Positions 1-7,760 are shown, counted from the stretch's first letter. The stretch is 64,000 nt of DNA from an uncultured Desulfovibrionaceae bacterium (GCA_964371835.1 CAYJOP010000001.1:6414-70413); one strand, 5' to 3'. Numbers and translations: made by a program. Notes: generated by a model not told the origin, from the letters alone.

Positions 1-88
1 AGTATTCTAAAAAAAATTATATAAAAAAAAAATTTTTTAATAAAACACTTGCCAAAATAAGTTCTTGTGTGTAAACACGTTTGTCTAT

Positions 89-165
89 GGTGGATGTAGC
101 TCAGTTGGTAGAGCACCTGGTTGTGGCCCAGGTGGCCGGGGGTTCAAGTCCCCTCATTCACCCCA
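89..165 (+). tRNA. tRNA-His (anticodon GTG)
   Basis: Hand-folded cloverleaf. Extra G-1 (89) opposite discriminator C162. Acceptor 90-96/155-161 with one G-T pair. D arm GCTC-AGTTGGTA-GAGC. Anticodon stem CCTGG/CCAGG with loop TTGTGGC. T arm GGGGG-TTCAAGT-CCCCT. Encoded CCA at 163-165. Confidence 0.9.
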
Positions 166-178
166 TAAAATTTCAAAA

Positions 179-205
179 CCCTACAAAATGTGGGGTTTTT
201 TTTTT
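179..205 (+). terminator. Rho-independent terminator after tRNA-His
   Basis: Stem CCCTACA / TGTGGGG (7 bp, one G-T), loop AAA, then a run of 10 T. Confidence 0.7.
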
Positions 206-259
206 ATTTTTTTTATGCTATGTGATAATCATTGGCAATAAGGAACAGGAGTTTTTTAC

Positions 260-1012
260 ATGTACTTAATTAGATTGATTATTATTTCTCTGCTGAATGT
301 CTCTTTGCTTGCATGTACGCCTCTTAAGCGTGGTATGGATGAAAATATTTATGTATCAACTGCTAAACCTGCATTTTCTGTAGCCGTTCCCGAGCTTGAA
401 TTAAAAACTTCTGGGAGATTTAATGCCTCCATAACCACTAGCAATACATTGGGTGGAGTTCCTGTTGCCACTTGGATTGCCGTATATGGCGGAAAAAATA
501 TGGAAGAAGCCATGGCCATTGTTGCGCAATCAAGCTTACAAGCACCATATTATTGGGATTATAACATGCTGAAAATTTTCAGCATTAACCATGGTAAAGC
601 TTTGTTGGGTGGTTTTAATTTTCAAACCTGTACTTATTTAATTCAAGACCTTTCAAGAGATGCCTTTGCATCACTAAGTATTGATATAAATACACTTAAA
701 AGTGAAGAAAAAAAGCAAAAGTTACAGTGGCTTGTACGTCGTTTTGCCACTCGTGTGGATAACGAAAGGGGTAAGATAACCCTTGAATATAGAGAAAAAG
801 CGCCTGATAATTTTATAAATTTAAATGAGTTGCCTTCAGGAAGTGACATATATTTAGTGGAGTTTGAACAACGCGCACTTAAAGCTTTTGTGTTTGGAAC
901 ATGGCAAAAAAACACTCAAAATATAAAAATGAATTATCCAAGTGGCATAAAAACTCGTTATATTAACTCTAATTTCTTAGGTACTATTTCTTATTTTGAA
1001 GTGCGTGAATAG
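260..1012 (+). CDS. Hypothetical lipoprotein
   Basis: 250-aa ORF. The N-terminal hydrophobic signal ends in the lipobox LLAC (MYLIRLIIISLLNVSLLAC). AGGA lies upstream of the ATG. No family recognised. Confidence 0.6.
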   Translation: MYLIRLIIISLLNVSLLACTPLKRGMDENIYVSTAKPAFSVAVPELELKTSGRFNASITTSNTLGGVPVATWIAVYGGKNMEEAMAIVAQSSLQAPYYWDYNMLKIFSINHGKALLGGFNFQTCTYLIQDLSRDAFASLSIDINTLKSEEKKQKLQWLVRRFATRVDNERGKITLEYREKAPDNFINLNELPSGSDIYLVEFEQRALKAFVFGTWQKNTQNIKMNYPSGIKTRYINSNFLGTISYFEVRE

Positions 1013-1058
1013 TTTTTCCATTTAGCCTCTGTATTCTTTAACAAGTAGGTGTGGACTT

Positions 1059-3467
1059 ATGAGTTATAAAAAAGTTGATTTTCCAGCTGATTTTACAGAA
1101 AATTACAATGCTAGAATTTTACAAAATTGCAACATAGGTCTTTGGCATACCGTTGTTAACCTTGAAAATCATACCTTTGAAATGTACGTTGATGAAGTAA
1201 CGAAAAAATTAATGTGCATTGAAGAAGACCTTACTCCAGCAGAAGTTTATGACCATTGGTTTTCAAGAGTTGCAAGCAAGGATTTGCCTTTCTTGAAAAC
1301 AACCATGGGCAATATGTTGGCAACTAGCTTGCACCATGAACTTGAGTTGTTATGGAATCACCCAAAGCTTGGGCTTGTGCATATTCGCACAGGCGGCACT
1401 AGCCGCATGTCAGAGGATAAAACACTTGCTTATTTTGAAGGCTTTTTTAAAATTATGAAGGAAGTGCGTCAAATGCAATCGACGCTCACTGAATCCTTTG
1501 AATATGTTAAAACTATATTTGATGCTACCCCCATGGGGGCGGCCCTTTGCGACCAACAATATAATCTTGTGGACTTTAATCCTGCGCAATTAAGTCTGCT
1601 TGAACTTGAGTCCACAGCAACACTTGCCCATAATATGTTATCATATTGCCCTGAATTTCAACCATGCGGCACTAAATCATCAATACTTGCGACACAATAC
1701 GCTGAAAAAGTAAAGAAAGAAGGTATTGCCAAATTTGAATGGCTTTTTACAACAAGTAAGGGAAATCCTTTGCCTGTGGAAATTACCATGCAAGGCATTA
1801 TGGTTAACTCTGAAGATTTATTATTGATTTTCGCCACTGACTTAAGAGAACAAAAGGCCATGCTTGCAGAGCTTGACGCTCAACATAAGGAGCTTCAAAC
1901 TGCCCTTTATAAAGCAAAGGAGGCAAGCCACTCTAAAAATTTATTCTTTGCAAATATAAGCCATGAAATCCGCACACCCATGAATGCCATCTTAGGTATG
2001 AGTTATTTATGCTTACAACAAGCAAGAGATAACCATATACGACATTATATCGAAAATATTCAAAACGCTGGCAAAAATTTGCTTAGTATTATTAATGATG
2101 TACTTGATATTTCAAAAATAGAAGCGGGAAAGCTTGAGCTTGAGAGCACATCATTTAGTCTTAATAATTTGCTTGAAGGCTTAAGGGGAACTGTCTGTAC
2201 CTTAGTGGGTGAAAAACCCGTGGAAGTTCTTTTTAATATTGACCCCAACTTGCCAGATATTTTTGAAGGTGACAGCGTGCGATTAGGTCAAGTACTAACC
2301 AATTTATTTAGTAATGCCAATAAATTCACTGAATCTGGACATTTGCTTTTGCGTGTATATGCAAAAGATAGGCACGGGCATATTTATAATATTGGTATGG
2401 ATGTGGTTGATACAGGAATTGGTATGGATCAAACTCGCCTTGAGGCTATTTTCCGTCCATTTGAGCAAGAAGACCAAACCACAACACGTCGTTTTGGGGG
2501 GACTGGCCTTGGACTTACCATTAGTAAAAATATTGTGGAGCTTATGGGCGGCGAAATTAAAGTATCTAGCAAGGTTGGAGAAGGTACAACTTTCAGCTTT
2601 ACTGTGAATTTATTTAGCAAGGAAAAATGCACTTGGCTTGATAAGACTCTGGTTACTAATGAAAAAATACTTATTGTTGATGATAATGACATGGCGCGAA
2701 ATGTACTTAAAGAAATGCTTGAACTTTGCGGATTTCATCCTGTTAGTGTAAAAACAAGTTTTGAAGCTTGCGAAATATTAAAAATTGCTGATGAAAAAAA
2801 CGAGCCATATCAGCTTGTTATTGTGGATTGGAACATGCCAGATATGGACGGACATAGCGGTGCATCCATGATGATTAGCCAAAAACTAAAACTTGAGCCT
2901 GCATTTATTTTAACATCTGCCTATAGTAATAAGCTTTTAGAAGATAATAGTGACCTTTTTGTGAGTTTTTTGCCAAAACCTGTATTGCCAGTATCACTAT
3001 GGACAGCCGTAATGCAGGCCTTGCATATACCCATTCATGTGCAACATGAAGAAGAAGTTGAAGAAGATATTTCAAAATATGACGTGCTAAAGGGTCGTCA
3101 CGTTTTACTTGCAGAGGATAATGATATAAACCAAGAAATCGCCGTTGCCTTACTTGAAGACCTTGGTATGATAGTACAAATTGCAGAAAACGGTCAACAA
3201 GCATTAGATATGTGCACAGGCAAAAAACACTTTGATATAGTTCTTATGGACATACAAATGCCTATAATGGATGGATTTTTAGCCACAAGAAAAATACGCA
3301 CCTTGCCACATCGCAATGTGCAGGACTTGCCCATTGTGGCTATGACTGCTCATGCCATGCAAATGCATAAGGAACAAAGCGCCAAGGCCGGCATGAATGA
3401 TCATATATCAAAACCCATTGACCCTAAAAATTTGCGAGAAACCTTGCTGCGCTGGATTGGTAAGTAG
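1059..3467 (+). CDS. Hybrid sensor histidine kinase (PAS-HisKA-HATPase_c-REC-REC), cytoplasmic
   Basis: H-box FFANISHEIRTPMNAILG. ATPase boxes NLFSNANKFT, DTGIGM and GGTGLGLTISK. Two receiver domains (VDDNDM..DWNMPDMDG..PKP and AEDNDIN..DIQMPIMDG..SKP). No TM segment seen. Confidence 0.9.
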   Translation: MSYKKVDFPADFTENYNARILQNCNIGLWHTVVNLENHTFEMYVDEVTKKLMCIEEDLTPAEVYDHWFSRVASKDLPFLKTTMGNMLATSLHHELELLWNHPKLGLVHIRTGGTSRMSEDKTLAYFEGFFKIMKEVRQMQSTLTESFEYVKTIFDATPMGAALCDQQYNLVDFNPAQLSLLELESTATLAHNMLSYCPEFQPCGTKSSILATQYAEKVKKEGIAKFEWLFTTSKGNPLPVEITMQGIMVNSEDLLLIFATDLREQKAMLAELDAQHKELQTALYKAKEASHSKNLFFANISHEIRTPMNAILGMSYLCLQQARDNHIRHYIENIQNAGKNLLSIINDVLDISKIEAGKLELESTSFSLNNLLEGLRGTVCTLVGEKPVEVLFNIDPNLPDIFEGDSVRLGQVLTNLFSNANKFTESGHLLLRVYAKDRHGHIYNIGMDVVDTGIGMDQTRLEAIFRPFEQEDQTTTRRFGGTGLGLTISKNIVELMGGEIKVSSKVGEGTTFSFTVNLFSKEKCTWLDKTLVTNEKILIVDDNDMARNVLKEMLELCGFHPVSVKTSFEACEILKIADEKNEPYQLVIVDWNMPDMDGHSGASMMISQKLKLEPAFILTSAYSNKLLEDNSDLFVSFLPKPVLPVSLWTAVMQALHIPIHVQHEEEVEEDISKYDVLKGRHVLLAEDNDINQEIAVALLEDLGMIVQIAENGQQALDMCTGKKHFDIVLMDIQMPIMDGFLATRKIRTLPHRNVQDLPIVAMTAHAMQMHKEQSAKAGMNDHISKPIDPKNLRETLLRWIGK

Positions 3468-3655
3468 AAAAAATTTTTTTATCTAATCAGCTAAGAAAAA
3501 TTTAGCTTACCATATATTAAGGGTAGTATTTAAAAACAAGGTACCTTTAAGAAAAATTTGTTTACTATACTATAACACTGCCTTGTTTACAAAGTTTTAG
3601 AAGATGCAAAGCAGGTAAAATTCTTAGCATGCAATGGTGTGATTTTTAGTAATTA

Positions 3656-3904
3656 CTACACAAAGCAGGGTGTGCTGTTGTAATATAATTCGTGAGGGTC
3701 AATGACTTGGCCTGTACCCCATTCAACACTTGTGCTTGTTGATTGAACTTTTGCAAAATTATTTTTATTTTTAAGCTCTTTATAATGTTCAAACTCCAAG
3801 TATGGGCGCATATCAAAAATTCGCTGCTCAGCATTACTAAAAGTAATGAGCAAACAATAATCATCATAAACACTAACTTTTGTAACCTTTGGTCTAATAA
3901 TCAT
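3656..3904 (-). CDS. DUF2442 family protein
   Basis: 82 aa. The pattern V..V....DY.LLITF.N.E.RIFD..PYL......ELK....F..V......VEW..G..IDP..LY..S matches my memory of DUF2442 proteins closely. Confidence 0.8.
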   Translation of the reverse strand: MIIRPKVTKVSVYDDYCLLITFSNAEQRIFDMRPYLEFEHYKELKNKNNFAKVQSTSTSVEWGTGQVIDPHELYYNSTPCFV

Positions 3905-3926
3905 AATAGTTAAAGTTTTACTTGAG

Positions 3927-4304
3927 CTATATGAAATTTTTATATGAAACTTGAAATTCTACACCTAAGCGCTTAGCCATATTTACTGATATATTGCGTT
4001 TACCGCTTTCCATTTCTGAAACCATGTTTTGACTAATAGCTAAACGCTCGGCAAGCTCAGCTTGTGTAATATTTTTTTTGACTCTTAGGTCTCGCAATGC
4101 AAGAGCAGGGCTTCTATCGTCAAATACATCAGAAATCGGTATAAATTCTTCGCCATGAGCATTTAACATGCTCACTTTATGTCCTGAAAATATTAATATA
4201 TTTTTTATAATTTCAGATATTTGTAAAGCTTTTGCGCTGGGTATAGACAGTAGAATTTCAGTGACAGCATCGTCTATGGTATTTAATCTCATTTCAGTTT
4301 GCAT
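3927..4304 (-). CDS. XRE-family helix-turn-helix protein (C-terminal HTH, unassigned ~55-aa N-terminal part)
   Basis: 125 aa. HTH_3-type segment KKNITQAELAERLAISQNMVSEMESGKRNISVNMAKRLG. AGGAG lies 6 nt upstream of the ATG. The stop is 22 nt upstream of the DUF2442 gene on the same strand. Confidence 0.8.
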   Translation of the reverse strand: MQTEMRLNTIDDAVTEILLSIPSAKALQISEIIKNILIFSGHKVSMLNAHGEEFIPISDVFDDRSPALALRDLRVKKNITQAELAERLAISQNMVSEMESGKRNISVNMAKRLGVEFQVSYKNFI

Positions 4305-4330
4305 TTGTTCTCCTAATAACTTCTGTTAAA

Positions 4331-4381
4331 CAATATTACTAAATTAGTTATATTACTAAAATGGTTATATTGTCAATATTG
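4331..4381. promoter_or_regulatory. Operator-like repeats overlapping the cassette promoter
   Basis: ATATTACTAAA occurs twice (4333-4343 and 4350-4360, 17-bp period). CAATATT occurs at 4331 and 4374. One repeat overlaps the -10 and the other the start region. Confidence 0.4.
4347..4376 (-). promoter_or_regulatory. Putative sigma-70 promoter of the XRE-DUF2442 cassette
   Basis: Minus strand reads TTGACA (4371-4376), an 18-nt spacer, then TATAAC (4347-4352). It lies ~45 nt upstream of the XRE ATG. Confidence 0.45.
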
Positions 4382-4397
4382 TTTTGCAAACTTAAAG

Positions 4398-4436
4398 AAA
4401 AAAAAGACCCATAGGATTTCAATATCCTTATGGGCC
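4398..4436 (-). terminator. Strong rho-independent terminator (minus strand), likely the displaced original ssrA terminator
   Basis: Minus strand reads GGCCCATAAGGAT-ATTGAA-ATCCTATGGGTC followed by T8. It sits immediately beyond the duplicated tmRNA 3' end at 4456-4467. Confidence 0.7.
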
Positions 4437-4455
4437 TAAAATAAAAGCATATTAA

Positions 4456-4467
4456 TGGAGGCGGGGG
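4456..4467. repeat. Distal att core: 12-nt duplicate of the tmRNA 3' end
   Basis: TGGAGGCGGGGG at 4456-4467 is identical to 6637-6648, which lies inside the ssrA acceptor/T-arm. Confidence 0.6.
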
Positions 4468-4528
4468 ACTACAAACTATATACATAACATATCAATATAG
4501 TATAATATAATTTTTTCAAAATGTTTTA

Positions 4529-4550
4529 ATACCGTAAAAAATACCGTAAA
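4529..4550 (+). repeat. Two tandem ATACCGTAAA motifs (putative arm-type recombinase sites, distal arm)
   Basis: ATACCGTAAA at 4529-4538 and 4541-4550, 62 bp from the distal att core. Confidence 0.5.
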
Positions 4551-4661
4551 TTTTTTTTGTGTCGTATAGGTCAAGTGTAAAAATACTACATAGAACTTTA
4601 TAGCAATACTATATATAAAACAAGTATTGCAAAGTATTATTTTTATGGTTATGTATTAGGC

Positions 4662-4832
4662 ATGAACACAAGGAAAAAAGTTTTACTCAAGCGTACAGCG
4701 GATATATTAGAAAAGTTGGCAGTAGGTAGCTTGCTTATAGGACTTTTTCAAAATCAAAACTATGTGCTTGTCTTAGGCGTTGCAAGTCTTGTCGGTAGCT
4801 ACTACTTGACCATAAAGGAGGCTCAAGCATGA
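4662..4832 (+). CDS. Small predicted membrane protein (56 aa)
   Basis: Below the ORF-track cutoff. Sequence: MNTRKKVLLKRTADILEKLAVGSLLIGLFQNQNYVLVLGVASLVGSYYLTIKEAQA, with two hydrophobic stretches. Its stop overlaps the next ATG (ATGA). Confidence 0.35.
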   Translation: MNTRKKVLLKRTADILEKLAVGSLLIGLFQNQNYVLVLGVASLVGSYYLTIKEAQA

Positions 4833-4915
4833 GTACATGGACACTCTTTACAATAATTTGCTTAGGCGTTTTCTGCTTTGGTCTTTGGGTACTAAAGACT
4901 GATAAAATAAAATAG
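4829..4915 (+). CDS. Small predicted single-TM protein (28 aa)
   Basis: Sequence: MSTWTLFTIICLGVFCFGLWVLKTDKIK. A perfect AAGGAGG lies 7 nt upstream of the ATG. Overlaps the upstream small ORF by 4 nt. Confidence 0.4.
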   Translation: MSTWTLFTIICLGVFCFGLWVLKTDKIK

Positions 4916-5123
4916 TCATCAATTTTATGCTCTTTGGGCTTTGGATAGCCATTCAAGATGCTTGATATTAGCTGAGCATAAAGCACGCGCACACAATATA
5001 GATCAACTTGCCTAATTCGACTTGTAATTAATTACAGCATCGTACAAGATTATTTTGACAAATATATCTTTATAAGGTGATGGTGTTGTATGTCTAATAT
5101 CTGAAAAATAAGAACGTGTTAAT

Positions 5124-5786
5124 ATGAGAAGAAATTATTTTTTGTGTATTTGTTTTATTTTATTGTGTATAATAGGTTGTGCTTCTAAAACAACTTAAAC
5201 AAAAACCCAATATGCAAAGGCGACTGAATCAAACGTACGCGTTATTAATGGTAGCTTAGAGGCTATTTGGCACGCTGCAATAACTGGTATAAGTAAAGAG
5301 TTTTTTGTACTTGATAATATTGAAAAAAATTCTAAAATAATAACTTTGTCTTATGCTATTGATGACCCAGAACCATATGTTGATTGTGGAAATATTACAG
5401 TAACAACATCAGGTGGTGTGTCAGGAAACGGAACTGTTACATTTCCAGCAGCAAGAAAAATGTATATTTATAATATTAGTGATGGAACACCACATGCTAA
5501 GCTAGCAAAACGAACAGTAACATTATCTGGAAAAATGAACGTTGTATTTACAGAACTGGAAAAAAATAAAGTCCAAGTTAGCGTTAATTCTAGGTATGTT
5601 TTACATGGAAAAATTACAACAGAAAGATTTATTCAGAGTGGTTGGAGTGGGTATATGCAGCCACATACAGAAACTTTTTCTACATTCTTTAACACAGGTC
5701 AACCCAGCGAAGGGTGTGCTGCTAAAAATACACTTGAGAAATCAGTATTAGACACGATAGAAAAAGAACTACTGAAAACTAATTAA
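5124..5786 (+). pseudogene. Lipoprotein gene interrupted by an in-frame TAA just after the lipobox
   Basis: ATG at 5124 encodes MRRNYFLCICFILLCIIGCASKTT, then TAA at 5196-5198. The same frame stays open to the stop at 5786. The ORF track only reports the TTG-initiated part (5346..5786). Confidence 0.6.
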
Positions 5787-5801
5787 GGCTACATAGTATA
5801 T

Positions 5802-5838
5802 TAAAGCCCTATAATGCCATAAACTCATTATAGGGCTT
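5802..5838 (+). terminator. Perfect 13-bp hairpin downstream of the lipoprotein pseudogene
   Basis: AAGCCCTATAATG (5803-5815) pairs with CATTATAGGGCTT (5825-5837), loop of 9 nt. Only a short T tract follows, so terminator function is uncertain. Confidence 0.45.
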
Positions 5839-5969
5839 TCACTAACTTGTAATCACTATATTAATATGACCTAAGCTTTTACCTCTTAGAATTGACGCTT
5901 TTTTATAAATTTTCACCACCAACGAAAAACATACTTAGATACACCTTTGAGCATTTCCAATAGTGTGCA

Positions 5970-6458
5970 CTACTGCATATTCATTAAGAAAATATTCTTA
6001 TATTTACAATCGAGCATTTCTTTTGACGTGATAGTGTTTATATTGCGTGTTCTAAAGGTAGGATAAATAAAACGCTCAAGCTTGGAAGTTATATCTTGCC
6101 TGTGCTTGGCTGTCGTCTTGCTTTTCTTTTTTCCAAGCCACATAAGAGCAATATTTTCAAAGTTGTTTTGTATATTGTCAATTATGGCTTGCTTTTTGGC
6201 TTGTTTCTCAGCTTGTGGGTCAATACCATTAGAAAGCTGCTCCCGTAGCTCTAAGTGTCTTTTTCTTGCTTGAGCAAGGGTCATTAGTGGGTATTGTCCA
6301 AGGGTAAAGGTCTTACGCTTCTCAAAAAACGCATAATCATAACGCCATGACATTGTGCCAGTAGATGCAACATATAAATACAATCCTTTGCCATCGGTAA
6401 TTTTTTATATCTTACCTGTTAGCTTAATACTTCTAAGCTTTGTGTCATTCAGCTTCAT
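5970..6458 (-). pseudogene. P4-type tyrosine integrase remnant (N-terminal DUF4102/arm-binding part only)
   Basis: Minus strand from ATG 6458 reads MKLNDTKLRSIKLTGKI-TAA-KITDGKGLYLYVASTGTMSWRYDY..LGQYPLMTLAQARKRHLELREQLSNGIDP. There is an in-frame TAA at codon 18. The frame ends after ~162 codons with no catalytic domain. It lies directly beside ssrA. Confidence 0.8.
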
Positions 6459-6581
6459 ACGGTACACCCTCATTTTTTACGGTATCAACTTTTGACATAT
6501 GTCCCATACCGTAAAATGTACCGTATTTTTTACGGTATATCTATATAATATGATAACAATATACTTAGCAATGCCGTAAAA
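6458..6581. repeat. Cluster of TACCGTA(AAA) motifs in both orientations (putative arm-type sites, proximal arm)
   Basis: Copies at 6458-6464, 6473-6485 (inverted), 6506-6516, 6519-6525, 6526-6538 (inverted) and 6572-6581 (TGCCGTAAAA). The last copy is 56 bp from the att core in ssrA. Confidence 0.5.
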
Positions 6582-6633
6582 CATAAGCCCACCAGTGCTT
6601 TATGGCAATGATGGGCTTTTAGATATTATCCAT

Positions 6634-7010
6634 TGGTGGAGGCGGGGGGAGTCGAACCCCCGTCCGAGAAAATTCCACACAAAGCGTCTACAGGTTTAGG
6701 TTAGGATTAATTCTCGTCGCAGATGTGGCCCCCAACCAGGCGATCCTTGACCAGTTCGCTGCAAGAGTTTCGCGTTAGCACCAGCAAACGCATACCTTCA
6801 CTAGCCTAATAAAGTGTCGCCGCACCGGATTATTAGGCGTCATCCGGATTGACGAGGTCATCGAGTGACCGTTGCCGCGCTGGGATTAAGCAGCGTAGGC
6901 GTAGTCGTAATCGTTCTTGGCAATTACTTTGTTGCCGCTTTTTACGAGGCCAGCGGCGCCTCGACCTGCAACTTTGGCTTCCACATCCCCGTCGAAACCA
7001 ATGCGCCCCC
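6634..7010 (-). ncRNA. ssrA: tmRNA (ssrA)
   Basis: Minus strand starts GGGGGCGCATTGGTTTCGACGGGGATGTGG and ends GGACGGGGGTTCGACTCCCCCCGCCTCCACCA. The internal tag frame at 6886-6921 reads GCC AAG AAC GAT TAC GAC TAC GCC TAC GCT GCT TAA (AKNDYDYAYAA). Confidence 0.93.
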
Positions 7011-7067
7011 TTTTTATTGTTGGGGAAGAATAATTTAAGCTCTTTTGTAGAAAAAGCAAGTATTATA

Positions 7068-7760
7068 TTAATATTTAATATTATTAAAGGTTTGTTTATG
7101 TTTTTTATAGCGAACATAAACCCAATAAGCCAATGATAAAGAAATAGCATATAATACAGCACTATATATGGTGTTCACATGGCCATCAACTTGTAATCCG
7201 CTGCCCATCATGGCAAAAATAAAATTTTGCGCTGTAAAGCCAACTATAGAGCCACCCAAGAAAGACGGAGCAGGAATTTTGCTAATGCCAGCTAAAAAAT
7301 TTGTCAAAAAATTACTGCCTAACGGCACAATGCGCACCACAAGGGTTAATAAAAATGGAGATTGACATAAAAAATCATTAAATAAAGTTAATTTATGCCC
7401 AAATTTATTATTTAACCAAGCTTGACCCACAAATCTGGCATAAAAAAAGCAAATTATGCAAGCAAGGGCAGTGCCAATGGTTGCCAAAAGTGTTCCTTGC
7501 CAAAGCCCAAAAACATATCCGCCCATAAAACTGCATATTTGCCTTGGTACCCCCATGGATACAAGCAAGGTCACAAGACTCACATATATAAATATTCCTA
7601 AAAAACCATGATTTCTAACATTTTCATCCATCCAAGCTTCACTTGCGGCATCTCCAAGGTCAAAAAAACCAAGCAAAATTATAATAATGCTCACATAAAA
7701 AAATATGGATAATAAGCGTAATAGATTGTTAATATTCATTATTTTTGCCTGTGTCGCCAA
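7068..7760 (-). CDS. TVP38/TMEM64 (DedA-related, SNARE-associated) family membrane protein
   Basis: Multi-TM protein with VPRQICSFMGGYVFGLWQGTLLATIGTALACIICFFYARFVG, typical of the family. The true start may be the ATG at 7739, which forms a TAATG overlap with the upstream small ORF. Confidence 0.75.
   Translation of the reverse strand: MATQAKIMNINNLLRLLSIFFYVSIIIILLGFFDLGDAASEAWMDENVRNHGFLGIFIYVSLVTLLVSMGVPRQICSFMGGYVFGLWQGTLLATIGTALACIICFFYARFVGQAWLNNKFGHKLTLFNDFLCQSPFLLTLVVRIVPLGSNFLTNFLAGISKIPAPSFLGGSIVGFTAQNFIFAMMGSGLQVDGHVNTIYSAVLYAISLSLAYWVYVRYKKHKQTFNNIKY

Larger units (their letters stand above)
4456..6648. mobile_element. Decayed ssrA-integrated genomic island (~2.2 kb remnant)
   Basis: Bounded by the 12-nt direct repeat of the tmRNA 3' end. 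A P4-type integrase pseudogene abuts ssrA. Arm-type repeats lie near both ends. Visibly more AT-rich than the flanks. Two internal genes carry in-frame TAA codons. Confidence 0.6.

Noticed and set aside
81-269. 62-aa ORF in the track
   Set aside because: It is read straight through the tRNA-His gene and its terminator, so it is not a credible CDS.
3468-3655. Weak hairpin AGCTAA-GAAAAAT-TTAGCT after the hybrid kinase, and an AACAAGG/CCTTGTT inverted pair
   Set aside because: The stems are short and AT-rich with no T-tract, which is insufficient to call a terminator or ncRNA.
3646-3873. 75-aa ORF overlapping the DUF2442 gene in another frame
   Set aside because: The DUF2442 frame has a clear family match. 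The overlapping frame is low-complexity and unsupported.
4735-4992. 85-aa minus-strand ORF in the island
   Set aside because: It has no ribosome-binding site and is antisense to two plus-strand mini-ORFs, one of which has a perfect AAGGAGG. I judge it less likely than those, though none is proven.
5023-5036. Perfect 14-bp palindrome TGTAATTAATTACA upstream of the lipoprotein pseudogene
   Set aside because: It is composed almost entirely of A/T in an AT-rich island and is not repeated elsewhere in the window, so chance occurrence is plausible.
5270-5285. TGGCACGCTGCAA, a sigma-54-like -24 element
   Set aside because: The GC of the would-be -12 element is 4 nt too close, and the site lies inside the lipoprotein pseudogene frame.
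6833-7162. 109-aa (minus) and 95-aa (plus, 6849..7136) Arg-rich ORFs
   Set aside because: Both lie inside the tmRNA gene. The Arg-rich translation is a by-product of the GC-rich structured RNA.
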